DNA of 64,000 bases from Bacteroidota bacterium (lineage in GTDB: Bacteria > Bacteroidota > Bacteroidia > Flavobacteriales_D > Crocinitomicaceae). The stretch is from NCBI GenBank assembly GCA_040387295.1, contig JAZKEB010000002.1, positions 140,802-204,801 of the forward strand. The letters run 5' to 3'. The position numbers and the translations under genes were made by a program. Of the stretch, positions 9,176 to 19,652 are shown in pieces; position 1 is the stretch's first letter; every line of letters begins with the position of its first letter. The notes beneath the pieces are model-generated. The model had not been told where the DNA came from, searched no databases, and worked only from the letters and a program-made list of their open reading frames with translations.

Positions 9176-11080
9176 ATGTTCCAAAAATGGCGCGCTTATT
9201 TTCCCCCGTACATTCAATCGCTACTCGCGCGACTTCTGGTGGTGACGATCATCCTCACCATTACGCGGGTTATCTTTTACCTTAACAACAGCAGTTCTTT
9301 CAGTCAGGTTACCCTTTCCGACTGGTTTGCCGGTGTGTGGTTTGACCTCATCACGATTTGTCTCATCTTTTTGCCATACATAACGCTGGCCATTTTACCA
9401 TTTCCGTTTCGGGAAAACCGATGGTATAAATTACTGCAGAAAATCACGTTTTATGTTCCGTTTCTGGCGGCCGTAAGTCTCAACCTGGTTGATACGGAAT
9501 ATTTTAATTTCACCCAAAAACGATCAACTGCCGATTTGTTTGCACTGGTTTCGGCCGGAAATGATGTGGGACAATTACTCACGACGTTTATCAAAGATTT
9601 TTGGGTACTGATTGTTTGCTTCATTGTTTTGTACATTGGAATGGCCTGGATGTATCGCAAAACCGAACCCAAACGTTTTGAAACAAAGCCTTACAAGCGT
9701 TCCTGGAAAAAGGAATCTCTTTTCTTTCTGATGATTATACCGATCGTGATTTTGATCGGTCGCGGTGGTTTTTCATTGAAACCAGTCAATATCATTGATG
9801 CGACGCTCTATACTGAACCGCAAAATACTGCCTTGATCCTGAACACGCCATTTACCATTGTGAAATCGTATGGTAAAGACGATCTGGTCGAAAAAGAATA
9901 CATGAGCCTCAAAGAGGAACGGAATCTCTACAACCCGGTTCGACAAACCATTCCACAGAACCTTTTACCTGATAAAACCAACGTGATGGTCATCATGCTG
10001 GAAAGTTTCGGGAACGAATGGGTCGGCGCATTTAACGACACGACGAGCTATACACCTTTCCTTGATTCACTCATTGGTGAATCGTGGGTGTTTGAATACG
10101 GTTTTTCGAACGGAAAAAAATCGATTGAAGCGGTTCCGTCTATTGTGTCGTCGCTGCCAACACTGATGGACAACCCATACATTTCTTCGCCTTATGCCAG
10201 CAATTCTATTCAAACACTGCCGGGAATTCTGAAAGAACACGGTTATTCGACTGCTTTTTACCACGGCGCTACCAACGGTTCTATGCGGTTTAACAGTTTT
10301 GCCAAGCAAGCCGGTTTTGATAAGTACTTTGGGCGGTTTGAGTACAACAACGACAAGCATTCCGATAGAACCTGGGGAATCCTGGATGAATATTTTAATC
10401 CATGGACAGCCAAACAGCTGACCAAACAGAAAACCCCGTTTTTTGCCACCTTGTTTACGCTTTCGTCACATCACCCCTATTACGTTCCACCACATTGGAA
10501 AGGAAAACTACGCGTTGGAAAGGAACCGATTTGCCGCTCGATTCACTACGGTGATGTGAGTTTGAAAAAGTTCTTCGAACAAGCCAAAAAAGAACCGTGG
10601 TACAACAACACGCTGTTTGTCCTGGTGGCTGATCATACGCCTTCAACCAGCAGTTCGTATTACAGCAAGCGTACACAGATGTACCGTATTCCGATCCTGT
10701 TTTTCCACCCGCAAAAAGGAAAATTGCCGAAGAAACGCGAGAAAGTGATCTTCCAGCAAATTGATATTATGCCTACCGTGTTGGATTTGGTGAATATCAA
10801 GACTCGTTATTATTCCTTCGGGCAATCGTATTTTTCGGGTAAACGAAAAGAAGCCATTACGTACCTCGAAGGTTCTTATTATTACTTCGAAGGCGAATAC
10901 ATGCTGGTGTTTTCGGGTGATGAACCGCGTAGTTTGCGGAAATTTGCCGGAAAAGGAGCCAATTCGAAAAGCTACATTCCGGTAAACAGTAAACGAGGAA
11001 AAGCGATGACGCGTCAACTCAGGGCCATCATCCAACGTTACAATCGTGATTTGATTCACAATCAAACGCACGTGAAATGA
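9176..11080 (+). CDS. LTA synthase family (sulfatase-fold) membrane protein
   Basis: Five N-terminal TMs, NVMVIMLESF, FATLFTLSSHHPY, VADH and QQIDIMPT; TATTTTTG -7 element at 9164-9171. Confidence 0.88.
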   Translation: MFQKWRAYFPPYIQSLLARLLVVTIILTITRVIFYLNNSSSFSQVTLSDWFAGVWFDLITICLIFLPYITLAILPFPFRENRWYKLLQKITFYVPFLAAVSLNLVDTEYFNFTQKRSTADLFALVSAGNDVGQLLTTFIKDFWVLIVCFIVLYIGMAWMYRKTEPKRFETKPYKRSWKKESLFFLMIIPIVILIGRGGFSLKPVNIIDATLYTEPQNTALILNTPFTIVKSYGKDDLVEKEYMSLKEERNLYNPVRQTIPQNLLPDKTNVMVIMLESFGNEWVGAFNDTTSYTPFLDSLIGESWVFEYGFSNGKKSIEAVPSIVSSLPTLMDNPYISSPYASNSIQTLPGILKEHGYSTAFYHGATNGSMRFNSFAKQAGFDKYFGRFEYNNDKHSDRTWGILDEYFNPWTAKQLTKQKTPFFATLFTLSSHHPYYVPPHWKGKLRVGKEPICRSIHYGDVSLKKFFEQAKKEPWYNNTLFVLVADHTPSTSSSYYSKRTQMYRIPILFFHPQKGKLPKKREKVIFQQIDIMPTVLDLVNIKTRYYSFGQSYFSGKRKEAITYLEGSYYYFEGEYMLVFSGDEPRSLRKFAGKGANSKSYIPVNSKRGKAMTRQLRAIIQRYNRDLIHNQTHVK

Positions 11081-12000
11081 AAAAAAAGATCCGTTTTATC
11101 ATCAATCCGATTTCGGGGGGCGTCAAAAAAGCCAAGGTTCCGCAAATGATTGAGGAGCATCTGGATCATTCGCTTTTCGAGTACGATATTGCCATTACAC
11201 AATACAAAAAACACGCGAAATCCATTGCGGAGGAATCGGCCCGCGAGGGAATCGACATTGTTTGTGCGGTGGGTGGCGACGGATCGGTGCATGAAGTTGG
11301 AACCGCTTTGGTGGGAACCAATTGTCATTTAGCGATTATTCCCACTGGATCGGGAAACGGATTGGCGCGCCATTTGAAAATTCCGCTGAAAACACCACTG
11401 GCCATCCAAAACATCAACGGGTTATACAGTTTGCTGATGGATACCGGGCTGGCCAATGACAAACCTTTTTTAGGTGTGGGCGGCTACGGTTTTGATGCGT
11501 TTATCGCCAAGCGGTTTGATGAATATCACATTCGCGGTTTTTGGGGTTATACCCAATTGGTATATGAAGAATACTTTTCGTACAATCCACCGAAAATGAA
11601 AATTCAGCTGGAAAACGAAACGATCAAAGGAAAATTTCTGCTCTGTTCCATTGCCAATTCTTCCGAATTCGGAAACGGTTTCTGTATTTCCCCGAAATCG
11701 AACGTACACGACGGAAAAATGGAGTTTGTAATGCTTTCAAAGTTTGCTTTCTGGAAAACGCTTGGCATTCTTGCGCGTTTCTTTTTCAAGCGAATCGAAG
11801 GGTCCAGGCACATTCGTATTGTGTCGTTTGAAAAAGCTCGGATCATACTGGAAGTTCCGCTGGCACATTACGACGGCGAACCGTTTGAGGTCCGCAAAGA
11901 AATCAACATTCAGATCATTCCCCAAAGTTTACACGTATTGGCCGGAAAAGGTTATTTTCAACAACATCAATTACCGCTTCCCGGCGCAACGGAAGGTTAA
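11077..12000 (+). CDS. YegS/Rv2252/BmrU family diacylglycerol/lipid kinase
   Basis: IINPISG, AVGGDGSVHEV, IPTGSGNGLARHL and HYDGEP motifs. Confidence 0.9.
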   Translation: MKKKIRFIINPISGGVKKAKVPQMIEEHLDHSLFEYDIAITQYKKHAKSIAEESAREGIDIVCAVGGDGSVHEVGTALVGTNCHLAIIPTGSGNGLARHLKIPLKTPLAIQNINGLYSLLMDTGLANDKPFLGVGGYGFDAFIAKRFDEYHIRGFWGYTQLVYEEYFSYNPPKMKIQLENETIKGKFLLCSIANSSEFGNGFCISPKSNVHDGKMEFVMLSKFAFWKTLGILARFFFKRIEGSRHIRIVSFEKARIILEVPLAHYDGEPFEVRKEINIQIIPQSLHVLAGKGYFQQHQLPLPGATEG

Positions 12001-12024
12001 TTCATTCATTCAAAATCCTGCATT

Positions 12025-12486
12025 ATGTTCATCGATACCGATTTAGAAAGCATCTTATCTTACCTCAACCGGCTTACTCCCGACACCAAAGCGCAATGGG
12101 GACAAATGAACGCCCAACGCATGGTGGAACATTTAACGGACACGATGCAAATAGCAACAGGTAAAAATCCGCAGCCGCTCGAAATTCCGGAAGACCGAAT
12201 TGAACGCATGCTTGCCTTTTTGGATTCGGACAAACCGATGGCGCAAAACATTGCCGTTCCGTTTGCGACTCCTGAAATGAACACCGCATTGCGTCATGAC
12301 GAGCTGGAACTGGCGATTGACGAGTTTGTGGAAGAGTGGTTGTACTTTGAGGAATTGTTTGAATCGGAACCGGGAAGAACGGCGATTCATCCTTTTTACG
12401 GTCCGCTCAATTACGATCAGTGGTCACGTTTATCGCAAAAGCACCTCACGCACCATTTTACGCAATTCGGGCTGGTGAAAGGATGA
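12025..12486 (+). CDS. DinB/DUF1569-like protein
   Basis: WGQMNAQRMVEHL, HPFYGPL and KHLTHHFTQF motifs. Confidence 0.75.
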   Translation: MFIDTDLESILSYLNRLTPDTKAQWGQMNAQRMVEHLTDTMQIATGKNPQPLEIPEDRIERMLAFLDSDKPMAQNIAVPFATPEMNTALRHDELELAIDEFVEEWLYFEELFESEPGRTAIHPFYGPLNYDQWSRLSQKHLTHHFTQFGLVKG

Positions 12487-12507
12487 AATAAGCAAATTTT
12501 GATACTC

Positions 12508-12547
12508 AATGCCGTTTTATTTCCATGTGGATAAAACGGCATTTTTC
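12508..12547 (+). terminator. Intrinsic terminator
   Basis: AATGCCGTTTTAT-loop-ATAAAACGGCATT followed by TTTC. Confidence 0.65.
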
Positions 12548-12578
12548 GTTCCAGCATGTATTGATTTTACACACTTTT

Positions 12579-12646
12579 TTCGGTTTACCGCAGGTAAAAA
12601 TTGTGGTTTACCGATGTGTTCGTTTCATGCCCATCCATTAGTTTTG
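12579..12646 (+). promoter_or_regulatory. Two tandem 14-bp palindromic operators plus a -7 element
   Basis: TTCGG-TTTA-CCGCA (12579) and TGTGG-TTTA-CCGAT (12602), 23 bp apart; TAGTTTTG at 12639-12646. Confidence 0.5.
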
Positions 12647-12665
12647 ACAGTATTAGAAATTGCGC

Positions 12666-13049
12666 ATGAAAACACTACAACTAATTGAGGTCATGAACAC
12701 ATTGGAGATTGTTACTGAGCTGAGAAAAAACATTACCAATCACTTTTGGAAAGACTACGGAGCCGAAATGAAAGTTAAACTCGGCATGAGCGACGCGGCA
12801 ATGCTTTCCTTTGAAATATCGAAAAACGGCCGGGTGGCGATTTTTAACAAAGCCATTCGGAATCAAGCTCCTCTTACCGACAATAATGCGAGTCATTACT
12901 CTTATGAAACCGCAGAGTTTGGCGATATCGAAATGCTGATCAAGGAAGTTCAGCGCTATTTATCGGATGCAAAAAATGCCGCGCATCAGCACGAACATTT
13001 TTCTACGATCATTCTGAACACGGAAAATTTTATTGCGAAGTGTCATTAG
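12666..13049 (+). CDS. Hypothetical protein
   Basis: Open frame of ~127 aa with its own -7 promoter and a downstream terminator; no recognisable motif. Confidence 0.6.
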   Translation: MKTLQLIEVMNTLEIVTELRKNITNHFWKDYGAEMKVKLGMSDAAMLSFEISKNGRVAIFNKAIRNQAPLTDNNASHYSYETAEFGDIEMLIKEVQRYLSDAKNAAHQHEHFSTIILNTENFIAKCH

Positions 13050-13098
13050 TTTGTCTTTGACAAACTTCAGTGCCTTAGGGTACGAAACATCCTAAAAC

Positions 13099-13122
13099 AA
13101 AAAAACCTCCTTTCGGAGGTTT
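13099..13122. terminator. Bidirectional terminator
   Basis: AAAAAAACCTCC-TTTC-GGAGGTTT between convergent genes. Confidence 0.7.
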
Positions 13123-13125
13123 CAA

Positions 13126-13368
13126 TTACAATGTTTTTGCCGGTTTTGCTTGCGCTTTTTTAGCCGGAATAGCTTTCACCTTGGTTGCTTCCGCTCTCTT
13201 CGGTGTTTCTGTCTTTTTAGTGCTTCCTGTTTTTTCGCCTTCAGCACGCGTGGTTGCAGGCTTAGACTCTTTATTAAGCGGTTTCGCTTTACTTGGTTCC
13301 TGACTATATGCAGCCGAACTTAAAAGTCCGATAGCAAGAACAAATCCAAATTTCAAGATCGTATTCAT
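13126..13368 (-). CDS. Small secreted K/A/T-rich low-complexity protein
   Basis: Signal peptide MNTILKFGFVLAIGLLSSAAYS-Q followed by a basic disordered tail. Confidence 0.7.
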   Translation of the reverse strand: MNTILKFGFVLAIGLLSSAAYSQEPSKAKPLNKESKPATTRAEGEKTGSTKKTETPKRAEATKVKAIPAKKAQAKPAKTL

Positions 13369-13473
13369 AATTTCTTTTTAGGAGTTTTAGCAACTCTCAT
13401 GCCAAAGCGTAAAAGTTACCACTAAAAGTACAACTTCTTTTTTATATTTGAACAACGAAAAGAATCCCCCATT

Positions 13474-14238
13474 ATGAAAGTCATTACAAACCATATATAC
13501 GGCATCAAGGCGACGTTTGAAACGCTGGCGAAGGGAAAATTATGGCTTTTCTTTGTTCCGGGGCTGGCTGTGGGACTGATGTTCTTCTCCATGTTGTCTG
13601 TTACCGAAAGCATCGAGGAAACTACCAGCTGGACAAAAGACATTTGGTTTGTGGGCGATTACATCAATTCGGGCATCGGGTGGATCTTCGATTTCATAGA
13701 GCTCATCCTGTATATGATCATTCAGTTTATCGTTCTAACATTACTTTCTCCTTTCAACAGCTTATTATCCGAACGTTTTGACGCTGAAATTACTGGCCGG
13801 AACTTCAAAACGAGTCTGATACAAATTCTCAATGATTTATTACGAGCCATCTTTGTGGCAATGATTGCTATTACCTTTGAAATTACCTGTCTTGTGGGTT
13901 GGTGGACACTCTCCTGGATTCTGCCTTTTTCAGATTTTCTGGACCCCATCATGTATTTTCTTATCAACGCGTTCTTTTTCGGGTTTGCTTTTTATGATTA
14001 CAGCCTCGAACGTCACGGTTTTTCCACATTACGCAGTATCGGTTTTTCGTTTTCCAAAATGAGTTACATGCTCGTTACCGGTTCTATCTTCTTACTTATT
14101 TTCATGATTCCATACATCGGATTGTTTATCGCTCCGGTTTTGGCGACGTTCATTTCAACAGGAGCATATGTGAAACTAACTTACCAACCACCCGCACCTG
14201 AGCCTGAACCCGAGCCAGTAACACCAACACTTGATTAA
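13474..14238 (+). CDS. EI24/CysZ-like membrane protein
   Basis: LLSPFNSLLSERFD and FFGFAFYDYSLER motifs; several TMs; Pro/Glu-rich tail. Confidence 0.75.
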   Translation: MKVITNHIYGIKATFETLAKGKLWLFFVPGLAVGLMFFSMLSVTESIEETTSWTKDIWFVGDYINSGIGWIFDFIELILYMIIQFIVLTLLSPFNSLLSERFDAEITGRNFKTSLIQILNDLLRAIFVAMIAITFEITCLVGWWTLSWILPFSDFLDPIMYFLINAFFFGFAFYDYSLERHGFSTLRSIGFSFSKMSYMLVTGSIFLLIFMIPYIGLFIAPVLATFISTGAYVKLTYQPPAPEPEPEPVTPTLD

Positions 14239-14247
14239 CACACAATT

Positions 14248-15576
14248 ATGTCCAAGTTATTCGCATCGTTTCCTCCGACTTCCAAACACGATTGGCTGGA
14301 ACTTTTGCAAAAAGAGCTCAAAGGTGAATCGATGGACAAACTCCAGAAATTCAACCGTATTGAGGAAATTTCACTTCCCGCCTACCTCCATCGCGAAGAT
14401 CAGCCAAAGGCGTTCTCCGATCCGGGATTGTTGCCCTATACCCGCGGAAGCAGAGCTTCGAGCAACGATTGGCACATCGGAAGTTGTTTCCGGATAGAAA
14501 ACGAACAAACCGATAACAAACAACTGCTGGAAGCATTGATGGCCGGAACGACCGCTCTGGTCATTCATGCAACTTCGGCCCGGGATATTGATTTCAAAAC
14601 ACTTTTCAGCGGAGTTGACCTGGAGTACATTCATACAACCTTTTATTCGCAATCGACAACACAAGCCGCAGCATTCCTTTCTTTTTTAAGGAATTACTCA
14701 GGAGCTGTCGTTGCTGAAAATTCTTCCGAATGGTTGAATTACGGCAGGCAATGTGCTTCATTGACCGTAAAACCGTTTGCCGTTCAGGCAAATCTGGTGC
14801 AACAATCGGGCGGAACGACCTGGCAGGAACTTTCCATCGCTTTAGCTGAAGGACACGACCTGTTGGTGGCGCAACTCGAGTTAGGACTTTCAGTGGATGA
14901 GGCTTCGGCTAACATTCATTTTATCTTCGGGATCGGCAATCAGTACTTTTACGAAATTGCCAAACTACGGGCTTTCAGAATGGCCTGGGCACGGATCGTA
15001 AGTGAATATACTCCGGAACACGATTGTTCCCATGCTGCTTATATTACATCCCAAACCGGCTGTGTACACACGAGTTTAAAAGATCCATATACCAACTTAT
15101 TGCGTCAAACAACAGAAGCCATGTCGGCCGTTGTAGGTGGCGTTCAGCAATTAGTGATTCAACCCTACGACTGGCACGCAACCAATGCCAATACAGCTTT
15201 TACTCAACGCATGGCTACGAATATTTCGCTGGTACTCAAGGAAGAATCGTACCTGGATAAAGTCATCGATCCTTCGGGTGGTAGTTATGCAATTGATGAC
15301 CTGACCAATGCTATTGCCGAACGCGCATGGACATCTTTCCAGTGGATTGAGGCCAATGGTGGTTTGGCAGATCAAATGGTTGTTGAAACGCTTTCAGCAG
15401 AAATTCGCGAAAAAGCGCAGCAACGCGTGACATCCGTTCGTGAAAAAAAGTCAACGCTAATCGGCATTAACGCATTCTTGAATCCAGACCCAATTCAGCA
15501 CGAATGGCATTCCCAACCTTCGGGATGGAAAACAGCACCCGCATTAATCATCGAATCCGAGATCTCTTTGTCATGA
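14248..15576 (+). CDS. mutA: Methylmalonyl-CoA mutase small subunit
   Basis: [31 protein letters not shown] and DPSGGSY; ATGA-coupled to the large subunit. Confidence 0.9.
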   Translation: MSKLFASFPPTSKHDWLELLQKELKGESMDKLQKFNRIEEISLPAYLHREDQPKAFSDPGLLPYTRGSRASSNDWHIGSCFRIENEQTDNKQLLEALMAGTTALVIHATSARDIDFKTLFSGVDLEYIHTTFYSQSTTQAAAFLSFLRNYSGAVVAENSSEWLNYGRQCASLTVKPFAVQANLVQQSGGTTWQELSIALAEGHDLLVAQLELGLSVDEASANIHFIFGIGNQYFYEIAKLRAFRMAWARIVSEYTPEHDCSHAAYITSQTGCVHTSLKDPYTNLLRQTTEAMSAVVGGVQQLVIQPYDWHATNANTAFTQRMATNISLVLKEESYLDKVIDPSGGSYAIDDLTNAIAERAWTSFQWIEANGGLADQMVVETLSAEIREKAQQRVTSVREKKSTLIGINAFLNPDPIQHEWHSQPSGWKTAPALIIESEISLS

Positions 15577-17702
15577 AACGCAAATCCTTTCAACATATCC
15601 ATTTGACAGCGGAAACGCGCGAGGGAACTCCTGAACAGGATGTTTTCATGACAGCTGAAAAAATCGGTCTGAACAATTATTACAATCAGACATCAGTTGC
15701 CACGGCGGAACATTTAGGATTCGTCAGTGGGAAAGCACCTTTTCTACGCGGACCTTATGGTTCGATGTATGCGATTCGTCCATGGACGGTGCGCCAATAC
15801 GCCGGATTTTCCACTGCGGAAGAATCGAATGCATTTTACCGAAGAAACCTTGCTGCCGGTCAGAAAGGACTTTCAGTTGCCTTTGATTTGGCCACTCACC
15901 GCGGTTATGATTCTGATCACGAACGCGTGATGGGCGATGTAGGCAAAGCCGGTGTAGCCATTGATTCCATTCTGGACATGAACATTTTGTTCGACCAGAT
16001 TCCATTGGATGAAATGTCGGTTTCCATGACGATGAACGGCGCCGTTTTGCCGATTATGGCCTTTTACATTGTGGCTGCTGAAGAACAAGGCGTGAAACAG
16101 GAACAACTTTCAGGAACCATTCAAAATGACATTCTGAAAGAGTTCATGGTGCGAAATACGTACATCTATCCGCCGTTGCCTTCCATGCGTATCATTGCAG
16201 ATATTTTCGCCTATACGTCGGAACACATGCCACGCTTCAATTCGATCTCCATTTCGGGCTACCACATGCAGGAAGCCGGCGCTACGGCAAGTATCGAATT
16301 GGCCTATACGTTGGCTGATGGTTTGGAATACCTGCGTGCCGGAATTCAGGCAGGAATGGAAGTCGATACCTTTGCGCCGCGTTTAAGCTTTTTCTGGGCT
16401 ATCGGTATGAATCATTACATGGAGATTGCTAAAATGCGCGCAGGACGAATGCTTTGGGCAAAACTGGTGGCGCAATTCAACCCGAAAAACGAAAAATCAC
16501 TGGCGTTGCGTACGCATTGTCAAACTTCGGGCTGGAGCTTGACGGAACAGGATCCGTTCAACAACATCGCCCGAACCTGCATTGAAGCCATGGCTGCCGG
16601 ATTTGGCGGTACACAATCCTTGCACACCAACGCGCTGGATGAAGCCATTGCATTACCAACCGATTTCTCGGCGCGGATTGCCCGGAATACACAGATTTAC
16701 CTGCAACAGGAAACGGGAATGACCGATTTCATTGATCCGTGGGGCGGAAGTTATTACGTAGAAAAACTCACGCAGGAACTGGCTGATGAAGCCTGGAAAC
16801 TGATTGAAGAAGTGGAAGAACTGGGTGGTATGGCGAAGGCCATTGAAACCGGGATTCCGAAAATGCGCATCGAAGAAGCGGCTGCTCGCAAGCAAGCGCG
16901 TATCGATGCCGGAAAAGACATTATTGTTGGTGTGAATCGCTATCAATTGGAAAAAGAAGCCCCGATTGACATCCTCGAGGTAGACAACACCAAAGTTCGC
17001 GATTCACAAATTCTGCGATTGAATGCTATGAAAACCGCTCGCAATCAACAACGTGTGGATGAATTACTAACAAAACTGGAAGCCGCAGCGCGTTCAGGAG
17101 AAGATAATTTATTGGCCATTGCGATCGAATGCGCACGCGAACGGGCTTCGCTGGGTGAAATATCCATGGCATTGGAAAAAGTATACGGTCGTCACCAAGC
17201 CACTATCCGATCGATTAGCGGCGTTTATTCGGCAGAAAGTATGAATGATGAAGATTTTGAAACAGCGCGTAAGCTTGTAGAGCAATTTGCAAGCCTGGAA
17301 GGAAGACGTCCACGGATCATGATTGCCAAAATGGGTCAGGACGGACATGATCGTGGCGCCAAAGTGATTGCCACATCGTTTGCCGATATCGGTTTCGATG
17401 TAGACATCGGGCCGTTATTCCAAACACCGAAAGAAGCTGCTAAACAAGCCGTTGAGAACGATGTGCATGTACTGGGAGTTTCATCTTTGGCGGCTGGTCA
17501 TAAAACTTTAGTTCCTCAGGTTATCGAAGAATTGAAACTTTTAGGCCGACCTGACGTAATGGTTGTAGCCGGAGGAGTAATTCCAGCACAGGATTATGAT
17601 TTTCTCTATGACGCAGGAGTATTCGGAGTATTTGGCCCGGGAACCAAAATTTCAAAAGCGGCCCAAAGCATCCTGAAGTTGCTGATCAAGAGCGCAGAAT
17701 AG
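15573..17702 (+). CDS. scpA: Methylmalonyl-CoA mutase large subunit (B12-binding)
   Basis: [23 protein letters not shown] and [10 protein letters not shown] (DxHxxG). Start at ATG 15573. Confidence 0.97.
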   Translation: MKRKSFQHIHLTAETREGTPEQDVFMTAEKIGLNNYYNQTSVATAEHLGFVSGKAPFLRGPYGSMYAIRPWTVRQYAGFSTAEESNAFYRRNLAAGQKGLSVAFDLATHRGYDSDHERVMGDVGKAGVAIDSILDMNILFDQIPLDEMSVSMTMNGAVLPIMAFYIVAAEEQGVKQEQLSGTIQNDILKEFMVRNTYIYPPLPSMRIIADIFAYTSEHMPRFNSISISGYHMQEAGATASIELAYTLADGLEYLRAGIQAGMEVDTFAPRLSFFWAIGMNHYMEIAKMRAGRMLWAKLVAQFNPKNEKSLALRTHCQTSGWSLTEQDPFNNIARTCIEAMAAGFGGTQSLHTNALDEAIALPTDFSARIARNTQIYLQQETGMTDFIDPWGGSYYVEKLTQELADEAWKLIEEVEELGGMAKAIETGIPKMRIEEAAARKQARIDAGKDIIVGVNRYQLEKEAPIDILEVDNTKVRDSQILRLNAMKTARNQQRVDELLTKLEAAARSGEDNLLAIAIECARERASLGEISMALEKVYGRHQATIRSISGVYSAESMNDEDFETARKLVEQFASLEGRRPRIMIAKMGQDGHDRGAKVIATSFADIGFDVDIGPLFQTPKEAAKQAVENDVHVLGVSSLAAGHKTLVPQVIEELKLLGRPDVMVVAGGVIPAQDYDFLYDAGVFGVFGPGTKISKAAQSILKLLIKSAE

Positions 17703-17786
17703 TACCTGTGAAAGATGGAAATAAAAAAATAATTGTACATTCGGCATAGTAATTGGTCTTATGACCACAACCAAAAATAAATTGTC

Positions 17787-18509
17787 ATGAAAAAACTGGT
17801 TTTAGCGACCGCATTGTTATTCGCAGGATTTGTTAGCGCACAAGGTCCTTCGTACGATGATTTACGCATTCTTTATGCAGATGGAAATTACGATAAACTG
17901 GTAAAATCATCTGAAAGCTATACCCAAAAGGATAAATCCAAAACCGATGCCCTGCCCTTTATGTGGTTAGCACGTGGATTGTATAAAATCTCTCAAAGCG
18001 GTGCCGCCGATGAGAAGTACAAAAATGCCTATAAAGAAGCCGTTGGCGCATTGGGCAAAGCAATCAAGCTGGATAAAGGCGGCGATGTGCAACGTGAGTA
18101 CAGCGAGTTTTTCCAGGAATTCAAAATGAGTTTGGTGGAAGTAATCGGTAACGATCTTTCTGTTCCGGATTATAAAAAAGCCAATTCATGGGTATTGAAA
18201 TACTACAAATTGGATCCGACAAGTCTTGGAGCAAAATTACTGGAAGGTGCTTGTAAATTCCGCAACGCCGATAAAGGAGGTGCCAATGCTGCCTGGAAAG
18301 AAGCAGATAAGAAAATAGCTGCTTTGGGTGATATTAGCGGTTGGGATCCTGCAGATGTAGCACTTTTCAAAATGGGTGTTATCCAAACGGCAGATTGTTA
18401 TGTAGCAAGCCGTCAGGTTGACAAAGCTAAAACGTTGTTGGGTAAAGTGGCTCAGTATTTCGAAGAAGACGAAGAGTTCAAAACAAAATATGATGAGATT
18501 GTGAATTGA
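17787..18509 (+). CDS. Exported helical (TPR-like) hypothetical protein
   Basis: Signal peptide; helical Ala/Lys-rich repeats. Confidence 0.7.
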   Translation: MKKLVLATALLFAGFVSAQGPSYDDLRILYADGNYDKLVKSSESYTQKDKSKTDALPFMWLARGLYKISQSGAADEKYKNAYKEAVGALGKAIKLDKGGDVQREYSEFFQEFKMSLVEVIGNDLSVPDYKKANSWVLKYYKLDPTSLGAKLLEGACKFRNADKGGANAAWKEADKKIAALGDISGWDPADVALFKMGVIQTADCYVASRQVDKAKTLLGKVAQYFEEDEEFKTKYDEIVN

Positions 18510-18530
18510 TTTTAGTTCACTTTAAGATAT

Positions 18531-18558
18531 AAGGCCTGCAGTTTTGCAGGCCTTTTTT
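18531..18558 (+). terminator. Intrinsic terminator
   Basis: AAGGCCTGCA-GTTT-TGCAGGCCTT followed by TTTT. Confidence 0.8.
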
Positions 18559-18580
18559 GTTCTATTGATTTTCCCGTGAT

Positions 18581-18604
18581 GGTCGCGATAAATCACGACC
18601 CACC
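18581..18604 (-). repeat. Family-2 REP
   Basis: GGTCGCGATAAATCACGACC, similar to the copies at 8075 and 31110. Confidence 0.65.
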
Positions 18605-18684
18605 AACAGGAATTAACATTGCAGGGGGCATATCTTTTTAAAACAGGAATCAGGTTGAAATCAGGATCGTCGTATCTTTGGATT

Positions 18685-18969
18685 ATGGTTAAATACCTCA
18701 AATGGTTTCGCAACAAGTACATCCTCACACTGGTGATCTTTCTGGTGTACAACTTGTTTTTGGACGATATTGATTTATTTTCGATTTTGAACCAGAACCA
18801 AAAGCTTTCCAAGCTGCGCACCGACCAGTCGGAAGTGACGCTGAAGCTAAACGAAACCAAGAAAACCCTACGCGAATTGAAACATGGTTATGCCCTGGAA
18901 AAATATGCCCGCGAGGAAAAATTATTCAAAAAGGATGATGAAGATGTGTTCATCATTACCTATGAATAA
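18685..18969 (+). CDS. ftsB: FtsB/DivIC septum formation initiator family protein
   Basis: Single TM, coiled coil, LEKYAREEKLFKKDDEDVFII; TATCTTTG -7 element at 18673-18680. Confidence 0.8.
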   Translation: MVKYLKWFRNKYILTLVIFLVYNLFLDDIDLFSILNQNQKLSKLRTDQSEVTLKLNETKKTLRELKHGYALEKYAREEKLFKKDDEDVFIITYE

Positions 18970-18995
18970 TCCCGAATAACAACATTACATCCAAT

Positions 18996-19033
18996 AAAAA
19001 ACGTCCGATCAATTAATTGACCGGACGTTTTTA
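18996..19033. terminator. Bidirectional terminator
   Basis: AAAAAACGTCCG-ATCAATTAATTGAC-CGGACGTTTTT between ftsB and rplY. Confidence 0.75.
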
Positions 19034-19053
19034 TAATGAGTGATAGCCAAAGA

Positions 19054-19644
19054 CTAGTCTTCTTCTTCGTCATCTGCCTCAGCTGCTTTAGAAGCACCAC
19101 GAGCCATTTTAACTGAAACTACGACTGCACTTTTGGCGTCAGTAAATTTGATGCCTTTTGCTTCTGTTTCCAAATCACCTACACGGATCGATTGACCGAT
19201 ACGCAATTTAGTGATGTCAACAATAATTGCTTCAGGAAGATCTCCAGGCAATGCAATTACTTTCAAACGACGGTAAACTTGTAACAATTTACCTCCGGCC
19301 AATACACCACGAGATGCACCTGTCAAACGCACCGGAAGTGCAATTTTAACCGGTTTCTTCGGGTCTAATTGAAGAAAATCAATATGTGTTACTTTATCCG
19401 TGATCGGATTTTGTTGCAATTCCTGAATGATTGCTGTAGCTTTTGTTCCGTCGATGTCCAATTCTACCTGGAATACGTCCGGATTAAAAACCAATTTTTC
19501 AATAGCAATGTCCTTTACGGCAAAATGCGTTTGAGTGCCCTGCCCGTAAAGTACGCAAGGAACAAGTCCTGCATCTCTCGTTGCTTTAGCATCCTTTTTC
19601 CCTACGTCCGATCTTAGCGAACCGCTCAATTGTGATACTTTCAT
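19054..19644 (-). CDS. rplY: 50S ribosomal protein L25 / general stress protein Ctc
   Basis: VPCVLYG, HIDFLQL, GVLAGGKL and acidic tail. Confidence 0.95.
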   Translation of the reverse strand: MKVSQLSGSLRSDVGKKDAKATRDAGLVPCVLYGQGTQTHFAVKDIAIEKLVFNPDVFQVELDIDGTKATAIIQELQQNPITDKVTHIDFLQLDPKKPVKIALPVRLTGASRGVLAGGKLLQVYRRLKVIALPGDLPEAIIVDITKLRIGQSIRVGDLETEAKGIKFTDAKSAVVVSVKMARGASKAAEADDEEED

Positions 19645-19652
19645 GTTAATTA

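Noticed and set aside
14200-15600. Cobalamin riboswitch near the mutase genes
   Set aside because: The intergenic gaps are only ~9 nt or overlapping, and no B12-box was seen.
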